The position numbers were made by a program, and so were the translations under genes. This document shows positions 9,414 through 19,663 of a DNA stretch of 41,454 bases, in pieces. This DNA comes from Kiritimatiellia bacterium (GTDB taxonomy: Bacteria; Verrucomicrobiota; Kiritimatiellia; RFP12; UBA1067). Numbering within the stretch: the first letter of the stretch is position 1; each line of letters opens with the position of its first letter. Location: the NCBI GenBank assembly GCA_017648225.1, contig JAGCJE010000271.1:1-41454 (forward strand), in the 5' to 3' direction. Below the pieces are notes generated by a model, which had not been told where the DNA came from, ran no database searches, and was given only the letters and a program-made list of their open reading frames with translations.

Positions 9414-9685
9414 AGCTCCCTCAGTATCCAGTCGAGGACTCTGAGGGAGATCATTATGATATAACGACACATTGGGAGAAACTGGTCGCAGATTATGCGC
9501 GAGTTTCTCTTTTTGACGTGCAGAGAATGGACATCATCTGTTATCTGCAACTGAGACGCGATGCGTATATCCACGCTCTCCGACAGACGGAGAAGGGCCG
9601 AGAGTATCTCGAAAACGCATGGCGACTCGAACAGATGGAACCGGAGCGCGACAAGCTCCGAAAGAAAACCGGCGTAAAGAGGTGA
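9084..9685 (+). CDS. Tail assembly chaperone frameshift fusion product (GT-like)
   Basis: Hand translation of the -1 frame from 9410 gives LKLPQYPVEDSEGDHYDITTHWEKLVADYARVSLFDVQRMDIICYLQLRRDAYIHALRQTEKGREYLENAWRLEQMEPERDKLRKKTGVKR*. It contains no ATG-initiated ORF. Confidence 0.7.
9404..9410 (+). promoter_or_regulatory. -1 programmed ribosomal frameshift site A_AAA_AAC
   Basis: The heptamer is in X_XXY_YYZ register with the 9084 frame, 1 nt before its TGA. The -1 frame is open for about 92 codons, to TGA 9683-9685. Confidence 0.75.
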
Positions 9686-9689
9686 TTTT

Positions 9690-12431
9690 ATGGCATCGAG
9701 AGACTTGAGAGGTTTGACAATCGAAATCGGCGGCGATACGTCAAATTTGACCGATGCGCTCCGCAACGTTGACGGAGAGTTGTCGAACCTTCAAAGCAAT
9801 CTCCGAACCGTAAACAGCGCACTGAGACTCGATCCGGGCAATGTGGACGCGCTCGCTCAGAGGCAGGCCCTTTTGACGGACGCAGTCGCAGAGACCACCC
9901 AACGCCTCGAACTGCTCCGAGAAGCGCAGCGACAAGCCGATCAGCAGATCGCCGACGGTGTCGAGGTGGATCAGAGAGCATATCGCAATCTGCAATCCGA
10001 GATCGTTCGAGCCGAGGCGAGTCTCGCCGACTATGAACGTCAGGCGAACGACGCGGGCGACGAGTCGAACGATGCAGCACAAGAGTCCGCCGAGGGTTGG
10101 ACGATTGTCAAGGATGTCATCGCCGATCTCGCCTCTCAAGCAATTCAGGCGGCGATTGATGGGTTCAAAGACCTTCTTTTCGAAGGTGAAAAAGCACTCG
10201 ATACATTTCAGGCGAAAACGGGACTGTCGAGCGACGCGATGGAATATTTCGGCGACGCGGCTCGCGACGTTTTCAAAGGTGGATGGGGCGAATCACTGAG
10301 CGACGTGTCCGGTGTCATGGCTGAGATTTACAACACGCTCGGCGACATGGATGCTGACTACATGAAAGCATTTGCCGAAAATGCGATGACGTTGACTGAT
10401 GTGTTCGGATGGGACACTCAGGAACAGCTCCGAGCCGTCAATTCGCTGATGAATCAATTCGGACTCACATCCGATGAGGCGTTTAATCTGATGGTGCAGG
10501 GTGCTCAGTTGGGCCTCGATCAGAACGGCGATCTCCTCGATACGATCAACGAATATTCAGTTCAATTCAAAAACGCAGGATATTCCGCGAATGACATGTT
10601 CAACATGCTCGCGAACGGTGCGGAAACCGGCACGTGGTCGGTTGATAAACTCGGCGACGCGGTCAAAGAGTATAACATCCGCATGTCGGACGGCACAGTC
10701 ATCGACTACATCAACGAAAACGCTAAAGCTCTCGGATTGACGGCAGCGCAAGCCGAAAGCCTCGGAAAGAAGATGCTCGAGAGCGGCGGTGCGAGCAAAG
10801 AGGCGATGGGGGCGATCCTGAACGGTATCCTCTCGATCGAAGACCCGACCGAGCGTTATAAAGCGGGTGTCGGTGCATTCGGTACGATGTGGGAAGATCT
10901 CGGCGAGGAAGCTGTAAAAGCTCTGTTCGACACCAAGGGCGGCATCGATTCCACGAATGCAGCGATGAGTCAGGTTAAAACCGACGCATACGACAATCTC
11001 GCGGCGTCGATCACATCACTTGGACGCACGTTGAAAGACGAGCTCCTTCAACCGATAGTCGACGCGTTCACACCCGCCCTCAAGGCGTCCGCCGATGCGA
11101 TGCGTGAGTTCGCAGCGGGATCGATTTCGATGGATGAGTTGTTTGCCCGAATAGGCGCGGCTGCGTCCGAGATGATTGCGATAATTAAAAACAATCTTCC
11201 ACGACTCGCAGAGATGGGCGGACAACTACTCTCGAATCTCGTTCAGGGTATCGTGAACGGTATTCCGAAATTGATCTCGGCGGCGGGCGAGATGATCCGA
11301 TCTCTCTCCAACGGCATCAAGTCGAATATGGGCGAATTCATCAGCAAGGGCCTCGATCTCATCAATGGTCTAGCTGATTCTCTCGCTCGGAGTCTGCCGA
11401 CTCTGATCGCGAGCGGCGTTCAGATGCTCCGAAATCTCGTTCAGGGCTTGATGAGTGCGCTCCCCGAGCTGATTTCTCGTGTGCCTGAGATCATCTCGAA
11501 ATTCGCGAATCTGATCAACGACAACGCGCCGACAATCATCGCGGCGGGTTTCGGTATCATCAAAGATTTGATCGTCGGTATCATCAATGCGATCCCCACG
11601 TTGATTCAGAATATCCCGAAAATCATTACCGCGATCGTGGACGTGTGGGAAGCTTTCAACTGGGCGAACCTCGGTAAAAAGGCGATCACCCTGCTGAAAG
11701 ACGGTTGTCTCGCAGTTGTCAATCTCGTCAAGAATGCCGGTAAAACCATTCTCGACGGAATCGTGAACGTCATCAAAAATCTCCCGCAGAATTTGGCGAC
11801 GCTCGGTCGAAATGCGATCTCCGATCTCGGCGGTGCAATCCGTGGAATGTTGAGCAACGTGAAATCCGCAGCGACCGAGATTTTCAATGGAATCGTGAAC
11901 ACGATCAAAAATCTCCCGTCGCAGATGCTCAACATCGGTAAAGACATCGTTCGCGGTTTGTGGAACGGCATTTCCGACATGACCGGATGGGTGATCGGAA
12001 AAATTCAGGGGTTCGGCGACAGCGTGTTGAGCGGAATCAAGAAATTTTTCGGTATTCAGTCTCCGTCGAAACTCATGCGTGACGAGATCGGCCGTTATCT
12101 CGCCGAGGGTATCGGTGAAGGTATTGAGGAAAACGCTGACTCCGCGCTCGATCCGATGCAAGCTCTCAGAGATGATCTCGCGGCGATTGACAGTCTGAAT
12201 GTGAGCCGGACCATCGGCATCAACGCTGACTCGTCTCAGGGTGAAACTCGTCGTCTTGCGGCACAGATGAACGAGCTCACAGCTCTCGTGAAAGCATATC
12301 TCCCGGAGATCGCGAACAAGGCGTCTAAAAACATCTACGTTGACAAAAAGCGTCTCGTCGGCGAGCTGATCTCCGACATTGACGAGGGTCTCGGCGAAAT
12401 TGCAAACAGAAGGGCGGTCGGTGCAGTATGA
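9690..12431 (+). CDS. Tape measure protein
   Basis: 913 aa, after G/GT. N-terminal coiled coil and repetitive Gly/hydrophobic segments. Confidence 0.9.
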   Translation: MASRDLRGLTIEIGGDTSNLTDALRNVDGELSNLQSNLRTVNSALRLDPGNVDALAQRQALLTDAVAETTQRLELLREAQRQADQQIADGVEVDQRAYRNLQSEIVRAEASLADYERQANDAGDESNDAAQESAEGWTIVKDVIADLASQAIQAAIDGFKDLLFEGEKALDTFQAKTGLSSDAMEYFGDAARDVFKGGWGESLSDVSGVMAEIYNTLGDMDADYMKAFAENAMTLTDVFGWDTQEQLRAVNSLMNQFGLTSDEAFNLMVQGAQLGLDQNGDLLDTINEYSVQFKNAGYSANDMFNMLANGAETGTWSVDKLGDAVKEYNIRMSDGTVIDYINENAKALGLTAAQAESLGKKMLESGGASKEAMGAILNGILSIEDPTERYKAGVGAFGTMWEDLGEEAVKALFDTKGGIDSTNAAMSQVKTDAYDNLAASITSLGRTLKDELLQPIVDAFTPALKASADAMREFAAGSISMDELFARIGAAASEMIAIIKNNLPRLAEMGGQLLSNLVQGIVNGIPKLISAAGEMIRSLSNGIKSNMGEFISKGLDLINGLADSLARSLPTLIASGVQMLRNLVQGLMSALPELISRVPEIISKFANLINDNAPTIIAAGFGIIKDLIVGIINAIPTLIQNIPKIITAIVDVWEAFNWANLGKKAITLLKDGCLAVVNLVKNAGKTILDGIVNVIKNLPQNLATLGRNAISDLGGAIRGMLSNVKSAATEIFNGIVNTIKNLPSQMLNIGKDIVRGLWNGISDMTGWVIGKIQGFGDSVLSGIKKFFGIQSPSKLMRDEIGRYLAEGIGEGIEENADSALDPMQALRDDLAAIDSLNVSRTIGINADSSQGETRRLAAQMNELTALVKAYLPEIANKASKNIYVDKKRLVGELISDIDEGLGEIANRRAVGAV

Positions 12432-13096
12432 GAGGAATTGAATTCGTCAGTTTGACGGACGAAACGTTCCGTCGACATACCGCTGACGACTGGGATCTCG
12501 TGATGATCGAGAAGATCATCGGAACCCCCGTCGTCAAAGAAAAAATCATCGATCTCGCCGATCGTGACGGTGTTCTCGATCACACCGAGGCTCTGACGGG
12601 AGTTCCTGCGTATGAGACGCGGGAACTCTCTTTCGCGTTTGAATATCTCGACGCGATTGAGGACTGGGCCGATCTTTTTACCGAGATTCGGAATTTCCTC
12701 CACGGTCGACGATTGAAGATCCACGAGCCCGACGATCCGAATTATTATTATCTCGGACGCGTATCGGTCAGCGATCCCACCGGCGGGCGCGTGAAAGCCT
12801 TTACCGTCACGGTTCGAGCGGATACGTGGAAATATCCGATCACCGGTGAAACGGTCATCACGGAGGCGGTGAGAGCCTCTGAGACCATCATTCTCCCGAA
12901 CAACTGGAGACCCGTGTGTCCGACGATCACGACCACGGGTGCTGTGACGTTCGAGTTTGGTGGCGCGAATTATTCCATCGCCGGAGCGGGATCGTTCCGG
13001 TTCCCGAGATTCCGTCTCGGCTATGGTGCGAATGAGGTGAAGATCGTCAGCGGCTCCGGTGAGATTACATTCACCTATCAGGAGGGGGCGATCTGA
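12428..13096 (+). CDS. Distal tail protein (Dit)
   Basis: 222 aa, directly after the tape measure gene. Siphovirus tail-component-like sequence. Confidence 0.8.
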   Translation: MRGIEFVSLTDETFRRHTADDWDLVMIEKIIGTPVVKEKIIDLADRDGVLDHTEALTGVPAYETRELSFAFEYLDAIEDWADLFTEIRNFLHGRRLKIHEPDDPNYYYLGRVSVSDPTGGRVKAFTVTVRADTWKYPITGETVITEAVRASETIILPNNWRPVCPTITTTGAVTFEFGGANYSIAGAGSFRFPRFRLGYGANEVKIVSGSGEITFTYQEGAI

Positions 13097-14775
13097 TGGC
13101 GTATACCATTCGCAACGATGCGACGGGCGTGATCGTGTATGATCCACGGCTCGACGACGCGATTCTGATCGACCCCGAGCTGCATCAAAAGGACAACGCG
13201 TTCGGCTCGTTCGAGTGCGAGATGTTCTCGAATCATAGTGAATATGGCAATCTGCACAAGCGTCGAACGATTTACGCGATCTATAAAGACGACGCGCCTG
13301 ATCCAATGTGGAAGGGCATTTTCATCGAAGGTTCGGACGGTCTCTCGTCCTCCATGAGCCTCTATTTTGAGGATTTTATGAGCGTCTTGCGTGACTCTAT
13401 GCAAGACGCTTTCGTTTTTACCGGTCAACCGAACGAGTTCCTCGCGTCTCTGATTGATGCGCATAACGCTCAGGTCGACCCGTGGCAGCGTGTGACACTC
13501 GGTCACGTCACGGTCGTCGACCCGAACGATTATGTCCGCCGCTCCAGTGAGAGCGAGCTCTCCACGTGGGACGTGATAAAGACTCGACTCATCGATACAC
13601 TCGGCGGTCATGTCCGCATGAGATATGAAGGCGGTGTCGCGTATCTGGATTATTTGGAGGGCGACACGGCGAACACTGATCCCCATCTGAACACGTCGAC
13701 GCAGATCATCGAGTTCGGCGAGAATCTGACGGATTTCTCTCGCGTCGTGAGTGCGTCCGAGACGTATACTGCATGCATCCCCAAGGGTGCAAAGGTGGAT
13801 CAGTACGACGACGAGGGTGAGCTCCACTCCGTCGCGCTGACGATCGAGAGCGTGAACAACGGCTCGAAATATCTCATCGATGAGGTGGCTCGAGCTCTTT
13901 ACGGGTTCCGGTGCGCTCCTCTCGATTTGACGACGTGGGAGGATGTGACCGTCGCCGCGAACCTGATGAGCAAGGGCGACGCGTGGCTGCATAGTCAGGG
14001 CGTGAAACTGGCAAACACGATCAAGCTCAGCGCAGTCGACCTCAAACGGCTCGGCATCACCTCGGACTCGTTCGCGTTCCTCGATTATGTTCGGGTGAGC
14101 ATCTATCCGCTCGACATCGAGGCTCTGTATCTGCTGACCGAAATCACGATCCCGCTCGACGATCCGTCGGAGCTCTCGATCAGTTTGGGTGAGACGTTCA
14201 TGTCTCTCGCCGATCGACAGCAACAGAACGCGTCTCAGCTCCAGCAGAGCATTGAGAAGGTCGAGCAATCGATCCCCGGCAAAGTGCAGACGGGTGTTCA
14301 GAACGAGATCGCGGAGACACTGACCACGGTTCAGACGCTCATTGAGCAGACCGGTAACTCGATTCTTTCACAGGTCTCGGAGATTTACACATCGACGAGC
14401 TCGTTTGAAGAATTTCAGAGTCAGGTCTCCACGATGATCGAACAGACCGCGAACTCGTTCGAGATGCAGTTCTCGACGATCACGTCGCAGATCACGAGCC
14501 TCGACGGCTCCGTGAGCTCTCGATTCTCGGAGATCAGCAAATATATCAGATTCGTCGACGGTAACATCATTCTCGGTGTCGACGGCGATCCTCTGATTTT
14601 GAAGATCACGAACGAGAGACTCCAGTTTTTGCACAATAACGTCGAGATCGCGTATTTCTCGAGCGGTCGTCTGTACGTTGACAAACTCCATGCGATCACG
14701 TCGCTGACGCTGGGAGATTTCGCATTCTCTCCGGACTCCTCCAGAGGAATGAATCTGAAATATATCGGAATGTGA
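13096..14775 (+). CDS. Tail-associated lysin-like / Tal (prophage tail endopeptidase family) with C-terminal coiled coil
   Basis: 559 aa. Synteny after Dit. Q/S-rich heptad region near the C-terminus. Confidence 0.75.
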   Translation: MAYTIRNDATGVIVYDPRLDDAILIDPELHQKDNAFGSFECEMFSNHSEYGNLHKRRTIYAIYKDDAPDPMWKGIFIEGSDGLSSSMSLYFEDFMSVLRDSMQDAFVFTGQPNEFLASLIDAHNAQVDPWQRVTLGHVTVVDPNDYVRRSSESELSTWDVIKTRLIDTLGGHVRMRYEGGVAYLDYLEGDTANTDPHLNTSTQIIEFGENLTDFSRVVSASETYTACIPKGAKVDQYDDEGELHSVALTIESVNNGSKYLIDEVARALYGFRCAPLDLTTWEDVTVAANLMSKGDAWLHSQGVKLANTIKLSAVDLKRLGITSDSFAFLDYVRVSIYPLDIEALYLLTEITIPLDDPSELSISLGETFMSLADRQQQNASQLQQSIEKVEQSIPGKVQTGVQNEIAETLTTVQTLIEQTGNSILSQVSEIYTSTSSFEEFQSQVSTMIEQTANSFEMQFSTITSQITSLDGSVSSRFSEISKYIRFVDGNIILGVDGDPLILKITNERLQFLHNNVEIAYFSSGRLYVDKLHAITSLTLGDFAFSPDSSRGMNLKYIGM

Positions 14776-14789
14776 GGAGGCGATGCCCC

Positions 14790-15221
14790 ATGGCTCAATG
14801 GGACGGAAAAGAGGAATCGTGCTCGTGTGACTGTGGTTTCGACATCCCCAAAGGTGGGAAGCTTAATCAACTGACTCTCACGAATGCGCTCGGTGTCGCA
14901 TCCGGCGGAACGGGTGCGAAAACCGCGTCTCAAGCGCGGGTGAATCTGGGCATACAATGCGGTTACGCGTCGGTCGCGGTGGCGAATCTCGCGTCGTTCG
15001 GTGTGGCGAGTTCGAATCAAATCACGTTTCCGACTGCGTTCAAATCGACGCCGGTTGTGGCAATCGCGCCGGTATATGAAGAGTTTACGGGCTTTTTTGT
15101 GTACTCTATTTCAAACGGTTCGTCGACGGGTTTCAAGATCAACGCGACGAACATCACGGTCGCCGTGGCGGGTAACATCCCGCCCCGTGTGGTTCACTGG
15201 ATCGCGATCGGCAATATGTAA
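14790..15221 (+). CDS. Tail-fibre-associated protein
   Basis: LGVASGGTGAKTASQARVNLG motif is common in phage fibre proteins. ATG 14790 follows GAGGAGG (14774-14780). Confidence 0.6.
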   Translation: MAQWDGKEESCSCDCGFDIPKGGKLNQLTLTNALGVASGGTGAKTASQARVNLGIQCGYASVAVANLASFGVASSNQITFPTAFKSTPVVAIAPVYEEFTGFFVYSISNGSSTGFKINATNITVAVAGNIPPRVVHWIAIGNM

Positions 15222-15237
15222 TCGGGAGGTGGCGTGA

Positions 15238-17151
15238 ATGGCGTCAGGATCGTTTACCGGCACGACCGGCAATAAATATATAAAAGCTCGAATCGTGTGG
15301 TCGAGTACGCCGAACACGCTGAACAACCGCTCATCCGTGACGGCAACTCTGTATTATGGTAAAAGCTCGAGCTCGTCGTCCGCGACATACGGCACGATAG
15401 AATGCGCTCTCACGATCAACGGATCGACTAAGAGTTTTAGTCAGAGAGTCACGCTGAATCCGAATGATACATGGGTCGCAGTCGGATCGCACACTGTCAC
15501 GGTCAATCACTCGACCGATGGCGCGAAATCGATTGTAATCAGCGCGAGCGGCGGCATCCCGGGACTGACGTTCTCGTCGACGAACTGCTCCGCGACTGTC
15601 ATTCTCGACAAGATCCCGAGAGCGACGACTCCGACATTCGGAGCATCGACTCAGACGATCGGTTCAAATGTGGTGATCAATCTCCCGGCGGCGGATTCGA
15701 GTTTTTATCACACTCTGACGTATTCGTGGGGCAATCTCTCCGGAACGATCGGAACGAATCTCAAAACGTCGAAAACGTGGGGGATTCCGATCACGTTCTG
15801 TGAGGGTGTTCCGAACGGTACGCAGGGAACGCTATTCGTTACGGCGGAGACGTTCATGTCGAACGGCACGTCGCTCGGCAAAGTGACGAAATCCACTCCG
15901 TGCAATGTTCCCGCGTCTGTTGTTCCCTCGATCAGTGAAATCGCCCTCAGCGACTCCGGCGGACAAGTTCCGTCAAGCTGGGGTGTGTATGTGCGAGGAA
16001 AGAGTCAGCTCCACGTCAATGTCACGGCGGCGGGTCGATATTATTCGCGTATTGTCGGATATAGTATCAAGGCTCTCGGCGTGACGGTCACGTCGAACGA
16101 CAGCGATGTCGGCATCATTCCGACTGCTGGAACGATGAACGTCGAGGTCACGGTCACCGACTCCAGAGGCCGAACAGCGACCTCCACAAAGTCGATCACC
16201 GTCGAGGACTACACAGAGCCCACGGTCGAATCGTTCAGCGTTGAGAGAGCGAACAGCTCTGGCACTGCGACCGATAACGGCACGTATGCAAAAATCCCGC
16301 TCAAGGTGAGTGCGTCGCCGATTAGTAACAAGAACACCGTCGAGGCGAAAATCTATCACATGCGATCCGATGCGACGACGTGGACGCTCGCGAGAACGAT
16401 TCCCGTCGCGTATTCCATCGATCAGACCGTCATGGTTGCGAACATGATCGCGTCACGATCCTATGCGATCAAGGTGGAAGTCGTGGACGTATTCGGAACG
16501 ACGGTCGCTGAGAGCACTCTGAACGCTGAGGGCGCGGTTATGGGTTGGATGCCCGGAGGAATCGGCATCTCGTTCGGTAAAGCTGCTGAGGAGGATTATA
16601 CCGCCGATTTCGACTGGGTGATCCACGGGCGAAAAGGTGCTCAGTTCGACGACGATGTAACCGTGGACGGCAAAATCACCGGCGACTCGAGCGGACTCAC
16701 TCGAAACGGGCTCCCGACGCTCCAGTGTGTCGACATTGCGACGTTGACCCTCGGCGGAACGAACTTTCAGCTCGGAACGGCGAACACATACATGAAAATA
16801 CCGTTCAGCAAATACGCGTATAACCTCACGAATGTGCTCACCATTTCCGAGAACGGCATTCTTATCCCGGCGGGAGTTCGGGCCGTCAAGGTTTCCGCTC
16901 AGATTTGCCTCGGTGCAGCGACGGCGGGTGTCAGATATGCGCAAATCGCGAAAAACGGATGGGTTGACGCTGTCGCACGTTCTCAGCGACATCACGCATC
17001 GACTGCGACCCCGGAGACACACTCGATCCCGAGCGCACTTTTGACCGTCTCCGAGGGCGACATCATTGTTCTCGGCGTATACGGTAACGCGAGCGATTGG
17101 GTGTATGGAAATCACAATCAGACGTATTTGATGGTCGAGGCGTACGCGTAA
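15238..17151 (+). CDS. Minor structural protein (DUF859-like N-terminus), probable baseplate/receptor-binding component
   Basis: 637 aa. The N-terminus SGSFTGTTGNKYIKARIVWSSTPNTLNNRSSVTATLYY resembles the siphovirus DUF859 family. Confidence 0.65.
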   Translation: MASGSFTGTTGNKYIKARIVWSSTPNTLNNRSSVTATLYYGKSSSSSSATYGTIECALTINGSTKSFSQRVTLNPNDTWVAVGSHTVTVNHSTDGAKSIVISASGGIPGLTFSSTNCSATVILDKIPRATTPTFGASTQTIGSNVVINLPAADSSFYHTLTYSWGNLSGTIGTNLKTSKTWGIPITFCEGVPNGTQGTLFVTAETFMSNGTSLGKVTKSTPCNVPASVVPSISEIALSDSGGQVPSSWGVYVRGKSQLHVNVTAAGRYYSRIVGYSIKALGVTVTSNDSDVGIIPTAGTMNVEVTVTDSRGRTATSTKSITVEDYTEPTVESFSVERANSSGTATDNGTYAKIPLKVSASPISNKNTVEAKIYHMRSDATTWTLARTIPVAYSIDQTVMVANMIASRSYAIKVEVVDVFGTTVAESTLNAEGAVMGWMPGGIGISFGKAAEEDYTADFDWVIHGRKGAQFDDDVTVDGKITGDSSGLTRNGLPTLQCVDIATLTLGGTNFQLGTANTYMKIPFSKYAYNLTNVLTISENGILIPAGVRAVKVSAQICLGAATAGVRYAQIAKNGWVDAVARSQRHHASTATPETHSIPSALLTVSEGDIIVLGVYGNASDWVYGNHNQTYLMVEAYA

Positions 17152-17166
17152 AGGAGGCGATGCAAC

Positions 17167-19530
17167 ATGGATAAGGTAATTAACATCAAGGTGCGAAATC
17201 GAATCGCGATCGCCGATCCCGGTCAGTGTATCATCTGCGGCAATGAGGATTATACCGCCGTTTTTGAGTTCGATGACGAGTGGAGCGAGATTGAAACCAA
17301 GACCGCGCGATTCTATCGCAAAAATAATTTCACCGACGTAATTTTCACCGGAAGCGAGGTCAACATCCCCGAGATGGTGAACGTTTCGAACGTCAAGATC
17401 GGCGTTTTCGCGGGTGACATGACGACGACTCCGGCGGTTGTTCGCTGCTATAAATCCATCCTCTGCGATGGTGGAAACGTCGCCGAACCTGATCCGGATG
17501 TGTATGATCAGATCATTAAGATGATCGAGAACATCGAAGTCGGCGGAGGTGGAGGAACCGGTGTTTCGCCAACCATTGATGTTATCGAGATCGAGGGCGG
17601 TCACAGAATCACGATCACGGATATCAACGGCACATCGTCGATCGATGTCATGAATGGTTCCGACGGTTCACCCGGCAAGGATGGCAATCCCGGCAAGGAT
17701 GGCGTATCGGCGACGCATAGCTGGAACGGCACGGTGTTGACCGTAACTAGCGCAAGCGGCACGTCTTCCGCTGATTTGAAAGGTGAACCGGGAAAAGATG
17801 GCAGTCCGGGCAAAGACGGCTCTGCCGGTGCGGCGGGTGCAGACGGCATCAGTCCCACGGTATCCGTCAGCAAATCTGGAAGGGTTACAACCATCTCCAT
17901 TACTGACAAGGACGGCACGAAGACCGCGACGGTTAGCGATGGTGCAGACGGAAGCCCCGGCGCGGCGGGTAGTAACGGCAAGGACGGCAAAACGCCCGTC
18001 AAGGGCGTGGATTATTACACCGCTGCCGATCAGGAAGCTATCGTGCAGGATGTCATCGCCGCACAGAATGTCCCGGACTACGTTGTTGCTGAAGCGATGG
18101 AAGTGCTTGACAAGGTTGTATCTGCGCAGGCTGACCGGACTTTCACCTTTGCGGCAATAAGCGATATGCACTACGGAAGTAGCGATTACATCGACGGCGT
18201 AATCCACGCTTGTCAGGGTATGCGGCATATCTCGGAGCGGATCAAGCTGGATGCTGTGGCGGTGCTGGGTGATTTTACTGACGAGCATCAGATGGATTCT
18301 GACGCAGCCGTCACCGATCTGGAAGAGATGAACGCGCTGCTTAACCCGCTGCGTGAGAATGTCAATCTACGCGTCAAGGGTAATCACGACCACCGTCCGA
18401 ATGGAGCGGCGCAGACATATCGTTATATTATGGCATTCAGCGACACGACTGTATGGGGCAGCAGAATCGGCGGCTATTTTTACCGAGATTTCCCAGAGTA
18501 TAAGTTGAGAGCAATCTGTCTTAATACAACGGATACGGTCAGAGATAATCTGTATGTGACGGATGAACAATATCAGTGGTTCGCCGACTCTCTCGATCTG
18601 TCTGCAAAGGATGACGCAGCAGAATGGGGAATCCTTATTCTGTCTCATCATCCATTGGATTGGACAGTAACGAATGGAAAATATAGATTTGGTCCGATTA
18701 TCAATGCTTACCAGAAAGGTACAAGCTGGACGGATGGAGTAGTGTCCTGCGATTATACCGACAAAAATGATGCGTCGATCATTGCGAACATTCACGGACA
18801 CATCCACAATCTGCTCATGGATAAAATCTATATTGGCGAGGCTGGGAACAGCGCACAAACAAACGTCTGGAGATTGGCGACGCCTGCTTCTCGTGTGGAT
18901 GTAGTCAACCATTACAGCGCACCGTGGGCCGAGGCAACATGGTACAACAAAACAAAGAATACGGCGAAAGATACATCTTTTGTGATCTATTGCATTGATC
19001 TGGACGCGCGCACTATCAAGGCATTCTGTTATGGTGCAGGATACGACAGAAGTGTTGAGTATGCATCAAGCGGCAGTACTACCCCCGCATACACTAACCA
19101 GATTCCGATTTCTACCGACGTAGACGGAGGCATTTATAACGGTAAAGGTTATAAGACCGCATCAAGACTAAATTCGTCTGGAGCTGCGGTCGATGGCGAT
19201 TATAATGTAACAGGATTTATTCCATTCACAAGCGGAAGTGTAATTCGTACCAGCGAAGGTATGTTCGATGCGACGGATGCAACCGGCTATCTGCGCGTAA
19301 CGGCGTATGATGCGAATAAAGCTCATGTTTCTGAGGCTAAGATCACGCCGACTGACTTGTCCGGCTGGCTTAGCGAATATATGACCGTGACCAATGGTGC
19401 GCTGTATTTTAATTACGACATAAACTATATGCAAGGTTCGGAAGTAGGCAGCAAAGTCCGATTTATCCGTGTTGTTGCATCTCATATCGATGACAGTTCT
19501 GTCATTACAATAGATGAAGAGATTACATGA
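17167..19530 (+). CDS. Tail fibre: BppU-like N-terminus, collagen-like G-X-Y segments, calcineurin-type metallophosphoesterase domain, C-terminal putative binding domain
   Basis: GSPGKDGNPGKDG, GEPGKDGSPGKDGSAGAAGADG and GSPGAAGSNGKDG repeats. Metallophosphoesterase motifs ISDMHYG, VLGDFTDE, VKGNHDH, LSHHPL, NIHGHIHN. Confidence 0.8.
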   Translation: MDKVINIKVRNRIAIADPGQCIICGNEDYTAVFEFDDEWSEIETKTARFYRKNNFTDVIFTGSEVNIPEMVNVSNVKIGVFAGDMTTTPAVVRCYKSILCDGGNVAEPDPDVYDQIIKMIENIEVGGGGGTGVSPTIDVIEIEGGHRITITDINGTSSIDVMNGSDGSPGKDGNPGKDGVSATHSWNGTVLTVTSASGTSSADLKGEPGKDGSPGKDGSAGAAGADGISPTVSVSKSGRVTTISITDKDGTKTATVSDGADGSPGAAGSNGKDGKTPVKGVDYYTAADQEAIVQDVIAAQNVPDYVVAEAMEVLDKVVSAQADRTFTFAAISDMHYGSSDYIDGVIHACQGMRHISERIKLDAVAVLGDFTDEHQMDSDAAVTDLEEMNALLNPLRENVNLRVKGNHDHRPNGAAQTYRYIMAFSDTTVWGSRIGGYFYRDFPEYKLRAICLNTTDTVRDNLYVTDEQYQWFADSLDLSAKDDAAEWGILILSHHPLDWTVTNGKYRFGPIINAYQKGTSWTDGVVSCDYTDKNDASIIANIHGHIHNLLMDKIYIGEAGNSAQTNVWRLATPASRVDVVNHYSAPWAEATWYNKTKNTAKDTSFVIYCIDLDARTIKAFCYGAGYDRSVEYASSGSTTPAYTNQIPISTDVDGGIYNGKGYKTASRLNSSGAAVDGDYNVTGFIPFTSGSVIRTSEGMFDATDATGYLRVTAYDANKAHVSEAKITPTDLSGWLSEYMTVTNGALYFNYDINYMQGSEVGSKVRFIRVVASHIDDSSVITIDEEIT

Positions 19531-19663
19531 TTAACGGCATCCTACTGGCTGGACACGACGCTGCGAAGCGTGGCGGCGGGGACGTACACGGATTCCGCAG
19601 GGGCGACATCGACGTAATGGCGTGAGCCCGAGTACACTCTCATCATGAAAAGGAGGAATCGCA

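Noticed and set aside
17550-18010. Repetitive DNA in the fibre gene as a mobile element or a diversity-generating retroelement target
   Set aside because: The repeats encode collagen-like G-X-Y segments flanking small beta domains. No reverse transcriptase or template repeat exists anywhere in the window.
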